In this document: piece by piece, positions 50,242 to 61,689 of the stretch
How positions within the stretch are numbered: position 1 is the first letter of the stretch
Layout of the letters: each line of letters begins with the position of its first letter
NCBI GenBank assembly: GCA_964016885.1
Contig: OZ024741.1
Coordinates: 239,878,001 to 239,942,000 of the forward strand
From: Eledone cirrhosa
Taxonomy: Eukaryota
Reading direction: 5' to 3'
Length of the DNA: 64,000 nt
Notes under the pieces: model-generated
The model's database searches: none
What the model was told of the DNA's origin: nothing
What the model saw: only the letters and a program-made list of their open reading frames with translations
Program-made: the position numbers and the translations under genes

Positions 50242-50280
<39 letters not shown>
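50186..50280. repeat. (TG)n microsatellite in the putative PcdhB promoter
   Basis: Direct inspection. Confidence 0.95.
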
Positions 50281-50281
<1 letters not shown>

Positions 50282-51637
50282 TAATAGCTGTATATTGATG
50301 GACTGGAGCTGTGAGTCAGTATGAACACCTATGCCTATCCCAATACCTCTCAGTCATTGTGTTTATGTGTATGCAAATGTAAACATGGATTTACATATTT
50401 ATAGATGTATAATATGCTTGGATGAGTTTTTCCATTTCCCTTGCTTTCACTCAAGTCCAGAACTCTAATTTACAGGATATTTATTTAAGATTTTTATCAA
50501 AAAAAATTTGCCTATTATGTACAACTAGTCAGTTAGGTAGTCTTAGAGAACGTATAATGTGTAAACATGTAAAAGGCTCCTTGAATGTTTATATAGATTG
50601 AAATTTCATTACAGATTATAGAAAAACAAAGTAAAAACTGAAAATATACCTAACTGAAATTATTTTGATCTGCATAATTGTACTTTAAAATTGAAAAAAA
50701 AAAAATATATATATTTTACTTTATTATTTATAAAATCTTTACAGTTATAATATTAAAGGCTATTAATATGCTTCATAATGTAAATAACCAGGGATTGATA
50801 TGTAATTCTTGTTTTTGCTTTATGCAGGTTTTTAATGGTTGATCTATACATCATTAAAATATGCACAATGTTTGATTTTATATATATATATATACTATGA
50901 CATAATTTCATGTTTTTAATTCTATTATTTCCTTACTATTTAATAAAATATTAACTTCAACAATCCCGAATATTAAAAAAACAAAACAGATTTTTAAACA
51001 AAAAATTTTTGAACTTCAGTTAATAAATGTTAGCTATGAAATTGCTAAAACTTTAACTTCTCTATGCTTCCAAAACAACCCAAAAATATTCACATAGTTT
51101 CAGACATTTTTCTTTACAAAATTAGCAAATGCAGCAATTAAAATGAATATGTAAACTATTTTCATAACTAGACATTCAATCTGGAAAATCTTTTTTAAGA
51201 TAAGGTTTCACATAAACTTCATAGAATTATCTTTTCTAAAAGAAATTATAATATTTTATATTAATATGTTCTTCCCAAATTGAATTCTTTAAAAATATTT
51301 CTAAAAAGAAGATATGACTTCAAGTTATTTTATTTCTTATAGATAATCTTGAAATAATACATACAATAACTATATTGTTGAAAAAAGAAGTGTGAACCCA
51401 GATACTTTAAAAAATAGTTTTCTAAACCGTTTTAATAATGTGTTTAATCTGAAGGATTTAAAATACACTTTTTGTAGTAGATTTTCTATGTAAAAGACAA
51501 ATTTAAGATATAATCCCAAAATATGATAACAGTAAAAATACTGATGACAGTAGATATTTAGTTATGATTTGTTTTTGTTAAGGTTGATATTTGATGTTGA
51601 CAGAAAAATTAAGTATGGATGAATATGTTGGTTATTG

Positions 51638-51717
51638 TTAAGCATGTTTCATATAGGTTTCATGGAGATGGTTCTTTTCTATAGTATTTTCTGCATTGGT
51701 TTGGCATGTATTATCTC
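51638..51717 (-). CDS. Protocadherin unit C terminal exon (GDNTCQTNAENTIEKNHLHETYMKHA*)
   Basis: ctgttttag| acceptor; 80 nt; phase-1 frame intact and ending ETYMKHA*. Confidence 0.78.
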
Positions 51718-52281
51718 CTAAAACAGATAGAGTAAACTAATTTAATATATAGAAAGAAGAGAAAAATATTTTAAAGATAATTGTTAAGAATCTATTACAA
51801 CAATTGTGCTATGACTTATTTAAACTGCCCAAAACAAATGCCAACATTGGTTAAAAATAAATTATTTGAAATTAGGAAGAACCAGAAAACTAATTTTTAA
51901 ATTTCTTTTTATGATCTCCCTATTTATGCCTATAAATATGTCAACCTTCCCCATACTAGTGCCATGATAAATTGCACCCAGTGCACTCTGTAAAGTGGTT
52001 GGTATTAGGAAAGGTATCAAACTATAGAAACCATGTCAAAACAGAACATATTGAGTGAGACATGGTCCACTGAACCATTTAGGACAGTAACTCTGATGAA
52101 GTACTACAGACTTGGGCTGTCCAACCCATGTCAGAATGGAAAAGCAGGTGTAAAAGAAGGAGGGTGAAATATACTTGAAAGGTTTCAAGGAATAATCATT
52201 AAGATAAATGCACTTAGATTAGCAAAATAAATAAAGTTATTTAATGTACTTATATTGTCACAAAAAAAAATCTAATTTTAC

Positions 52282-52434
52282 CTGATATTCCAGGTATTTC
52301 TTCATGTTTTGAATCCCTTCTACTCCACCACTTTTCTGAAAGGATAGCATGTTGAGCTGAGAATTTAACAGAGGAATTGTGCTGTCTTCCAAACTATCAT
52401 AATTAGATGAGACCGCAACTGATTGACTGCATTT
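52282..52434 (-). pseudogene. Protocadherin unit C tail exon 1 (KCSQSVAVSSNYDSLED...HEEIPGIS), 1 nt short
   Basis: ttcttttgattag| acceptor and CAG|GTAAAA donor; paralogous to the B exon; 153 nt rather than 3n+1; frame restored by one more A at 52307-52310 (real frameshift or homopolymer error). Confidence 0.78.
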
Positions 52435-52534
52435 CTAATCAAAAGAAAATAATGACATGATGTAATTTAGAACATAATTTAAATAAAGATAATAATGCAT
52501 CAGATATTTATCATTATTTAAATCATTCACTATC

Positions 52535-53530
52535 ATCACCACAATCATCAGTTTATGCCTGTTTTTCCATGCTTACATGGGTTGGATAGGTCTTTTCCTG
52601 CATAGTTCCCCTCTACTTATTGTGTTCCTTCATCATTTCTGTGAGCTTCAGCAATTTGGGACTGACTCTCACCACCTCTATCCAGATCTTCCTCTAGTGC
52701 AACTTCCTTCCACTGGCATTTCTTCACCCAACAATCATCATCTATGCATCACATGTCCATACCAGTGCAATCTTTCTTGCACACATCTCATTCTTCTTAT
52801 AGCTGTTTTTTTTCTTTCCACCTTCACATATTCTCTGCATTCACTGCCCATGCCTCACTAACATGCAACATCACATACATGCAGGCATCATACAGCCAGC
52901 CTTTTGTTAGTACAAAGAAACATTTTGTTGCCAACAGGGGTAATAGTTCCTTGAACGTTTTCCATCCTGTTCTTATTTTAGCTACTATGCTCTTACAACA
53001 CCTCTTCCATTGCTAATTAGGCCACCTTTAACAACTTATATTGATGCTTTACTATTCAATTAGCTACCTGCTATCCTACTACAACCCTTGTGTACCCAAA
53101 ATTTATTTTGTATACATATTGAGCACAGCCATTTCCCTGATGGAAACAGGGTCTTGTTTTCTTTCATACTACTTGATATTGAATTTTTGTTGCACCCATT
53201 TTCCCTGTATTCCTATGCTGGTTTCTTAGCTTTTAATGACTACCACAAGGTCACCCACCATCTGGCTGGTGCCTTGCTCCAGCCACAGGTCTCCTTAGTA
53301 GCCTGTCCTGTAGAAACTTCCAATTGTCTTCTATGCATCTAATTTCTCCTCTTTCTCCTCATTATGTATCACTAAGAACTTTTCTGAACCTATATTTAGA
53401 AGAGAAGTCCTTTAGCTTCCATACTTTCCTTCTCCAGATTTGCTTGCATATCCTGTTCCATCTTGTGCTTAATCTAATATCATTAATTAACTTATGTTAG
53501 ATGGTGAATTCTTTTCTGGGAAAGGACTTA
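52535..53530 (-). mobile_element. Degenerate RTE fragment
   Basis: Antisense GRLYDAC/ETWA motifs; RTE tail tttttccatgcttacatgggttgga. Confidence 0.6.
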
Positions 53531-53689
53531 TCATTCATACATTTGCTAATTGAATAGGTCATTTTTTTTTTTTACAGATTTAAACTAAAATAAATACCAA
53601 ACTGAACCATAATAGATGTTTATAAAAGTAAGGATGAGTAGTGTATGTCATCATTACTTTTATAAACATCTTTTAAGGTTGAACTTGAG

Positions 53690-54760
53690 TGGTGTATGCA
53701 GTAAGTCTTTGAGAAATTATGGGAGTATTGCCAAGGGATGTCTGTTTGTTTTGTAGACCTTGAAAAGGTATATGAGCATGTTCCATGGGACCTATTGTGG
53801 AAGGTTCAGAAAGAGTATGGGATTGTTGGGTAGCTTTTTGTTGCCCTGATGTCTTTATATGAATGCACTAGTATTTGTGTTTGGATAAATGGTGCGAAAT
53901 TGAAACCATTCAATATGGGTGTCAGACTCTGCCAAGGGTGCATACAGTTACCTCTCCTGTTCATAATCTTTGTGGACAGGATTGACATGTACAGCCAGGC
54001 TGGAAGTGGTATCAAGACTAATGGGTGTAAGATCAGTTCACTGGAATTTGCGGATGACATGGAACTGCTTAACTAGTCAGAAGGTGATCTCTGACATGCA
54101 CATGATAGGTATGCTGCCGAGTGCTGGAATGAAAATCGGTGCTGAAAAGACTGAGACACTCATCCTCTCAAGGAAGCCTACAATGCACTCTACATGTGAG
54201 TGGAGTTCTACTAAAACGAGTGAAGAAGTACAAGTATCTTGGTTCTGTGTCCAGAAGTGATGGAATGTAGGAGGTTGAATTAAGTGCAAGAATTGCAGTA
54301 TTGCGTCAGCTTCAGCAATCAGAAGAAGCAAAGTGGGTGTAAAAGCCAGACTTGTTATCTTCAATTTGGTATCCATACCAACCCTTGCCTATAGCCATGA
54401 TTCTTAGGTAATGACAGAAAGAATACGATCACAAATACAAGTAGCTGAAATGGGGCTCCTTCAAAGGGTCTTTGGAGTAACGTTACTCAATAGAATGCGT
54501 AGCTCAGAGATCAGAGCCGCTCCAGATAGAGCTACTACTTCACTGAATTGAGAGATCACAGTCCCAATACTATGGGCATGTGGTTAGAATGTCTCAGGAA
54601 AGAATCACTGGACTGACTTTTGGTGCAAAACCAACAGGTAGCAGACCGAGAGCAAGATGGAAGGATAACATCCATGAACTTGGTTTGTCTCACTTGGGGA
54701 TCCAGCCAAATCAATTAGAGATGGTTGCCCCAACAACTCTCCCAGGAATATGTGGACAAA
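53690..54760 (+). mobile_element. Degenerate non-LTR RT fragment (different RTE-like family)
   Basis: FVDLEK, GVRLCQGC..PLLFIIFVD, LEFADD, KYLG, YGHVVRM..GSRPRARWKD across frames. Confidence 0.7.
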
Positions 54761-54852
54761 GAAAAAGAGGAGTGGTGTATGTGTTATGTTATATATATAA
54801 GTAAAAGTTGTAATCATGAGTGATAGATAGACAGACAGATATATATATATAT

Positions 54853-55062
54853 CTGTAGAAATGAGATGATAGAGACTGGGGTCCCTATCATTCCACTGTA
54901 AAGTGGTCGTGGAGGTGCCACGGCAAAAAAGCACCCAGCACTCACTGTAAATGAGGTTGGTGTTAGGAAGGGCATCCAGCTGTAGAAATCAAGCCAGAAT
55001 CAGTTCCCGTCCCACCCTTGCAAGCAGGGAAAAGCGGACGTAAAATGAAATGATGAAATGAT
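54853..55062 (+). mobile_element. 5'-truncated copy of the RTE-tailed SINE
   Basis: Near-exact reverse complement of 22928-23127. Older relatives at ~150-362, 4610-4700, 5070-5290, 15355-15465, 16615-16880 and 51950-52155. Confidence 0.75.
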
Positions 55063-55099
55063 GAATAAAGAGATCAATGGATAACAAATTATATGTCAG

Positions 55100-56200
55100 G
55101 TTAACTTAGCTAAAATAGGATAAACACAGAATGAAAACTTCATTACATCTCAAGATGTAATTGAAGAGACAGATGACTTGTATGACTTGGTTCAACATGG
55201 TATGGAAATAAAAAGACAGAGATGACAACATGTGAAATTGTTGATTAAAGAATAATGAATAAGGTAGAGAAAGTTTAAGCCCTGGTGAAATCAAAGGAAA
55301 GGTCACTTGAGGATGGTTAGTAAGATAAATTAGAATATAATATAAAAACTGCAGGCCTCTCAGAGATTATTGCTGAGATGCTTATGAAATTAGATAGGGC
55401 CTTTTTTAATGTTTGATCAGTGCAGTGTCAATAATCCATGAATATGTTGGACGGGAGGGAGGAAGGTACCCTCAAGCCTGAGGTATGGCATGAATGCTTG
55501 CAACAGAGTGGACAACACTAAAGGCATTCAAGGGACAGGTAGTGATATTAAATTGGACAACTGATTAGGATGACCCAAGAAGTCCACAGCAAGATTTGAG
55601 CTGGAACAAATACAAAAAGGCTTTACTAACTTAAGCATTCATTGCTTTAATAACTCCATCAATCCTCTACTCTGGACTGATACTTTATTTTACAGACTCC
55701 TAAAGGCCAAGTTAACCATGGTAGGATTTAAACTCAGATGCTCTAATGACCCTGCCATTTTACTGCCCTTGATGAATCAAGTTATAAAAAGCAGTAGAGT
55801 AAGTCCTTATAAAAGAGTTTGTTTTAAGGCAAACATTGGTTAAACGGGGTGCAGTTTGAATGTAGTAGGATGCAGAAACACAGATGGTATATTTCTGATT
55901 AGACAACTTGCAAGAAAAGTTTTTATTTCAAAACAGACAACTTGATTTTGTATTTGTTGACTGTGCACAACATTCAATAGAACTCCATGCTTTGGAGTTT
56001 AGTGGATATTGAGTAAACCTGATGTAGAGGAATGACTTGAGGACATGAATGAAGGAGCTATAAACAAAGTTAAGATCAAGTGATAATTTTGCATGGAATC
56101 TTATGTACAGCTAAATGTTTATTTAGATTCTACCCTTAGTATTCTTTTCATTATTACAATCCTTGAGGCAATTATTCAGGAATCGAAAATTAGCTATTTT
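55100..56200 (+). mobile_element. Highly degenerate RTE RT remnant
   Basis: DNA motifs gcaggcctctcagagattattgctgagatgctt and tttctgattagacaacttgcaagaaaagt match the family RT. Confidence 0.45.
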
Positions 56201-57201
56201 TAGTAAACTAAACATATAAAGCGATTAGCTGCATGCTGCTAGTTATGAAAGTAACTCGGAGGAGGAAATGTAGTGGATAAGAGAATCAGTATTATCCTTT
56301 GGCATTCTGAGTTCAAAATGTGATATTTGACATTTAAAAAAATATAAAAAGAATTACAATAGAATAACTATAGATTAAATATGGATTAGTTTTACCACAC
56401 AATTCTATGGGAATGTTTTCAATTATATATACAAAGTCTCTATTTCAAATCTAGTGCCAATTAACTTACCAAGTCCAAAGTTTGTTATTTCAAATAATTA
56501 CAGTTTAAGATTAAAAAAAGTTAAATTTAGAAACAAAAGTTTTATATCTGGATCTCTAACCTGTGACTGGTGGAAAAAAACCTGGACAAACAAGCACATT
56601 ATTTATAATATTCATAAACTTAGATAGAGTTTTGTGTTATATGAAGTGAATTAGGACCCTTTCAAGAAATGGGAAGAGGGTGTGAAAAGATTTGAGAGGG
56701 GCAGCAAAAAAATAGAGAGGAGTTGAAATGACTAGGCATTAGGTACACCTAAATTCATCTGTTCCAATAGAAATTCAGTGTTGCAAGCAATTCAAGACAA
56801 TTCAAATTGACATGAGATTTTAAACCTCTGAGGGAAGCTTGTCCATGAAGACTGTACTTTGGGCATTGGGTTAGTAGAGCAACTTACATTACATTTGGAA
56901 TATAGATCTATATTGAAAAGCTACTCCATTGGAGCTCAAATATAAATATCCCTAGTTTTCTCAAGCTAAAGTTTTCTTTTCTTCTACTTTGCAATTTCAT
57001 TTATAAAATTATATATATATATAATAATATATGTAGTAATAAACACAGTAAATCGTGTGTCTAAAATTAGGAGGCTTGAAATACTGTGTTTATTGCTACA
57101 TATATTATTATATAATGCTCAGTATTTATACTTTGAGCTTATTAATTACAGGGTATCAATAGGAGTTATTAACTCTGCCTTTTATTTGTATATATGTATA
57201 T

Positions 57202-60200
57202 TTCGACCTCACTGACAAGGATGGGTGGCACATTTTCTTCCTGTTGGAGTGACGGCAACAGCTGCACATTCCCGGCAGACTTGAAGAGCTTGGTGTAGAA
57301 GTCTTCGCAAACCTTTTCCACCTCACTCTTGTCGCTGACCGGTACTCCAGCTGTGTTTTTAAGAGTCGTCACCTCCGATCTGTACATTGTCATGTCCCTT
57401 TCGCAGTTCTTGAGGCTCTTCTTTTCCTTTGCGGTCTTCAGGAGCTTCTCCATCCGGTATGCCTCGAAGTCTCTCTTCAGTTGACGTATCACTCTGCTGA
57501 GAAGGGAATATTCGAGGTGATCTTCAGGTGTCCTCTTCATATTCTTCCTCTTCTTAAGCAACTTCATAGTTTCCTCCGAGACTCTTCCCTTTCCGCTCCC
57601 TTGGGCACACACCCTTAGCCTTCCTCAAGCACTCCTTCAGTTTCCTTATCAGTGAGTCGTAGTCAGCGTCTATGCCGTCTCCTTGACGCCACTTTTCCTG
57701 CATAATGGCTTCCTGCAACTGCGCCTCGTTGAAGACCCGGACGCATTCTCCCTTCTACGCCAAATGCAGCACCTTCTTCTCGCTCGTCCAGTCGATGACG
57801 ACCCTCGCCCTCACCAGACGATGATCACATCCAGTGTTGAATGGTGTTATGATGGAGACGTCCTGTAGTATGCGTCGCTTGGCGACCAAGATGTAGTCAA
57901 TCTCGTTTCGGTGCTCAGAATTTGGCGATACCCAGGTCCATCTCTTCTCCTTCTTCCTGAATAGGCTGTTTCCGATGTAGAGCCGTCTCGCCTCCACCAT
58001 GGTGAGCAGACGCTCTCCTCTCTCATTTCGCTCTCCGAGGCCGAATCTTCCGACATATTCTTCCCCTTGCCGTCCCTGTCCAACCTTTGTGTTGAAGTCT
58101 CCCATCACGATAGTGTAAGTGGACTTCACAGCTAGCACTTTGTCTAGCTGGCAATAGAATTCTTCCACCTCATCGTCGTCGCTGGCACTTGTGGGAGCGT
58201 AGGTCTGGACGATCTTGAGGGTGGCCTTCCCTGAGAGGTTCACGTTCAGTACACCAATCCGTGATGATATGAACTGGCAAGAAGCGACCTTCGAAGCCCA
58301 TTCCCTGCTTACAATGAACCCTATACCTCCGACCGATCTGGCACCCTCTGCTTTCCCGAGTCTCAAGGCGCATCCATCTTGCCATCGTGAACTCGCCTCC
58401 TTCTTCTGGCGGATCTCGCACAGCCCTAACACGTCGCACCTGATCTTCTTCTTCTCCTCCATTAGGTGGTTCAGTCCTTGCCCCCCCTGCCAAAGATCTG
58501 CAGTTGTAGGTGCATATGGCAAGGTTAGTCCTGTCCCTTGGCGGCCTTCGGGAACCTGTGACTCTTAGCAGCCTCTCGTCGCTCAGGTTGCACTCCGCCG
58601 TCGTGGAGTGGCCCGATTGACGCGCAGGGTACTGAGGCCCTTTTCTTTGTGCTGTTTTAACCATAAGATGACGCCACATCACTGGCTGGGCGGGCAGGCC
58701 GGTACCTCTTGAGTTTAGCTAACTTTTGAACTCTAGAAGATGATGAATCATCTCTAGGACCAATAGTCTGATACCTGTGTAGCATGGTAAAACCTGCCAG
58801 GACATTGAGTCCCGCTACCATAGCTATCAGACAGCCAGGGTCACCCCTGCGCCACTTTTGAGGCACTGAAGTAGGATTTTGCCACCCATCCTTGTCGGTG
58901 AGGTCGAAAGAGCCGTCGGCTTGATGAAAAGCAGAAAGGCGCCAAGGAAAGGCGGCATAACATCGGAGGTGTTGAAGTCAGGCGGAGAGCAGCTCTGGAA
59001 AATCCTCGCCGACCAATTCACACACTATCTGGACGAGGGAAGAATACCCTCACAGTGGAAAGAGTCGAATACCATCCTGCTATACAAGAAGGGCGATAGA
59101 GAAGATCTGAAGAACTACCGACCCATATACCTGCTGTCTCAGGTGTAGAACCTGTTCACAAAAATAATCCTGAACAGGTTATCATGTCATCTGGACGAAC
59201 AGCAACCGAGAGAGCAAGCCGGCTTCCGGAAAAACTACAGCACGATGGACCACATATTTACTCTGACACAACTGCTTGAGCAAGCAAAAGAGTGCAAGAT
59301 GCCTCTTTGCGTCGCGTTCATAGACTACGAGAAGGCCTTCGACAGCGTCGAAATCAACGCAGTGCTGAACTCGCTGCAGAGGCAAGGAGTCGAGGTGCAA
59401 TACGTTCAACTGCTCAGGGGGGCGAGTTTCGGATGCACCACCGACATAGCTCTGCTGTCATCACCCATACGAGTGCTGGTCGAGAAGAGAGTGAAGCAAG
59501 GAGATACGATCTCTCCAAAACTTTTCACCGCGTGTCTCGAGCAGATCATCAGAGGCATTGACTGACAAGGCGGTGTCAACATCAACGGCGAGATACTTAC
59601 CCATCTCCGTTTCTCTGATGACATCGTACTCATCGCTGAAACTACGGATCAGCTTCAGACCATGCTGGTGGAGCTCGACATCAAAAGCTCTGCAGTAGGC
59701 CTCAAGATGAACCGCATGAAAACCAAGTTCATGCAGTCCGACGACGTACCAACAGGTCGAATGGTGGTTGGCGGTGATGAAATAGAGGAGGTGGAGGAAT
59801 ACGTCTACCTGGGACAAGAAGTGAACATGCGCCGAGACATTGAGAGGGAGATCTTACGGAGAGTAAGCGCCAAATGGAAGGCGTTCAACGGCATAAGGGA
59901 TGTGCTCAAGGGGAGGTTGGATAAGACCACCCGCGCCAACCTCTTCAATAGCACAGTTTTACCTGCAATGTTATATGGCAGTGAAACTTGGGCTACAACG
60001 AAGAGAGAAGAGCAGAGGCTGGTAACGGCTCAAAGAGCCATGTAGAGATCAATGCTGGGAATCTCGTTGAGAGAGCACATCAGGAGCGAAGTCATCAGAC
60101 AGAAGTCCGGCGTGATGGACGTCATCACGGAATATATGCGCAGCAAGTTCAGATGGGCTGGACACGTCGCCCGGTTCACCGATAATCGGTAGACCTGCAC

Positions 60201-60396
60201 AGTTGCCGAGTGGTATCCGCGCGAGCAGAAACAAGCACTCGGAAAGCCTCCACGAGGGTGGAGTTACGATTTTAAGAATACGATTGGGAATACATGGATG
60301 AGGAAAGCACGTTCTAGAGAGGAATGGACGGCGTGCTGTGACCAGCGGCGCTGAATGGACGCCCGACAGACTGGTCGGTCAAGGTGATCAAGGTGA
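57202..60396. mobile_element. GC-rich RTE-1/BovB-like LINE, 5' half inverted (57202-58877 minus; 58878-60396 plus)
   Basis: Minus: AICTYNCRSL, VLGLCEIR, QTYAPT, MGDFN, NEIDYIL, DHRLV. Plus: NYRPI, EQAGFR, FIDYEKAFDSV, KQGD, LRFSDD, YVYLG, MLYGSETW. (tcaaggtga)2 tail; 10-bp TSD atatgtatat at 57192-57201 and 60396-60405. Confidence 0.92.
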
Positions 60397-61689
60397 TATG
60401 TATATATACATTTAGATAACTTTAAAAGCTCTATAATGCAGAGAAGATTATATATAATGATAGAATTTTACCTTAGCAAATTTAATTATCTCAAATATTT
60501 TCTGGTTTAAAAAAGATCAGTTGGAAATGAGTTGTTGTTTGGCAGGCAGATTTAATTTAAATGTAAGGAAAAATGTTAAAATTTCAAGCGTGCGTGTAGT
60601 GAAATATGTGAGAATATGTGTTTGATATATGCATGTATGTGCATGAATGTAAGTGTGCTTAGTGAGAGAAGTATGAGAGTATGTTTATGATGTATGTATG
60701 TGTGTGCGTGAGTGTAAGTTGGCATAGCGAAAGACGTGTGCCTTGTTCTTTACTCGATTTCAGACAGGACATTTCTGATAGCAGTGACATCCACTCAGAT
60801 TTCTACCATAAAGCAGCTAGCAGGGAACTGTTTGTGCATTACAAATCTGCCCTCCCCAACAGGTCTAAATGAGGGTACATCTTCAACGAAATAGCTTACA
60901 TACAGAACAGATGCAGCGATGTATTTCCTATTCTACAACACTGATATATATATAATTGTTTCTACTTTTTGGCACAAGGCCAGCAATTACACAGTGCATT
61001 ACTGGTACTTTATTTTGGCAAGAAATCAGATATTTTCAGATAAATACATAAAAATTTAAGAACATATTTCTTCTTAGAAAATTGGGTAAAATACCCTAAG
61101 GGGCGGAAAATACTGTATATACTCAAATATAAGTTGATAAATGGGTAAAAATTTAAACCCTGTGTATAAGCTAAGGCAGCTAATCAACACATCATGTTTA
61201 GATGGTACGGTTTTGAAATTCTAATGAGTGGAGAATATATTTATGAAATTTTAGTATTTTGATAATTAAAATGTTTTAAGTGTTGTTTAGAGTATAGTTT
61301 TTGTTTTACATCTCCATTATGTAATATATTTTTTTTTACCAATTTCTGACCATTTTGAAGACTATATTCATTCAAAACACATCAAAAACGAATTTGACAC
61401 CGAAAGTGAAACTGCTGTAATATTCTCCTCCAAAGCAAAAAATAATTTAGCAGAATTTTGAAGTTGATAAAAATTGGTGCCCCATTTCCCATCATTGGGG
61501 GGCGGCGGCACATATTTCTCAGTTTACATACAGCAACTCGGTATTTGGATATAAACATTTTCAAATCTCAAATCATTTAAGTGCCCCCAGAAATTGTTAC
61601 ATTTATGCATTTTACATTTCGAGTAAAGTAAAATAGTTCTGATTGGGAATTGAAACAGAGCTGCAGACATGGCATATCAGGGAATACCT

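Noticed and set aside
31860-52434. Vertebrate-style shared constant exons
   Set aside because: Each unit with an ectodomain has its own two tail exons and stop codon; no single shared constant region is visible in this window.
58600-58877. HDV-like ribozyme in the RTE 5' UTR
   Set aside because: Expected for some RTEs, but I could not assemble the nested double pseudoknot by eye; needs an RNAMotif or Infernal search.
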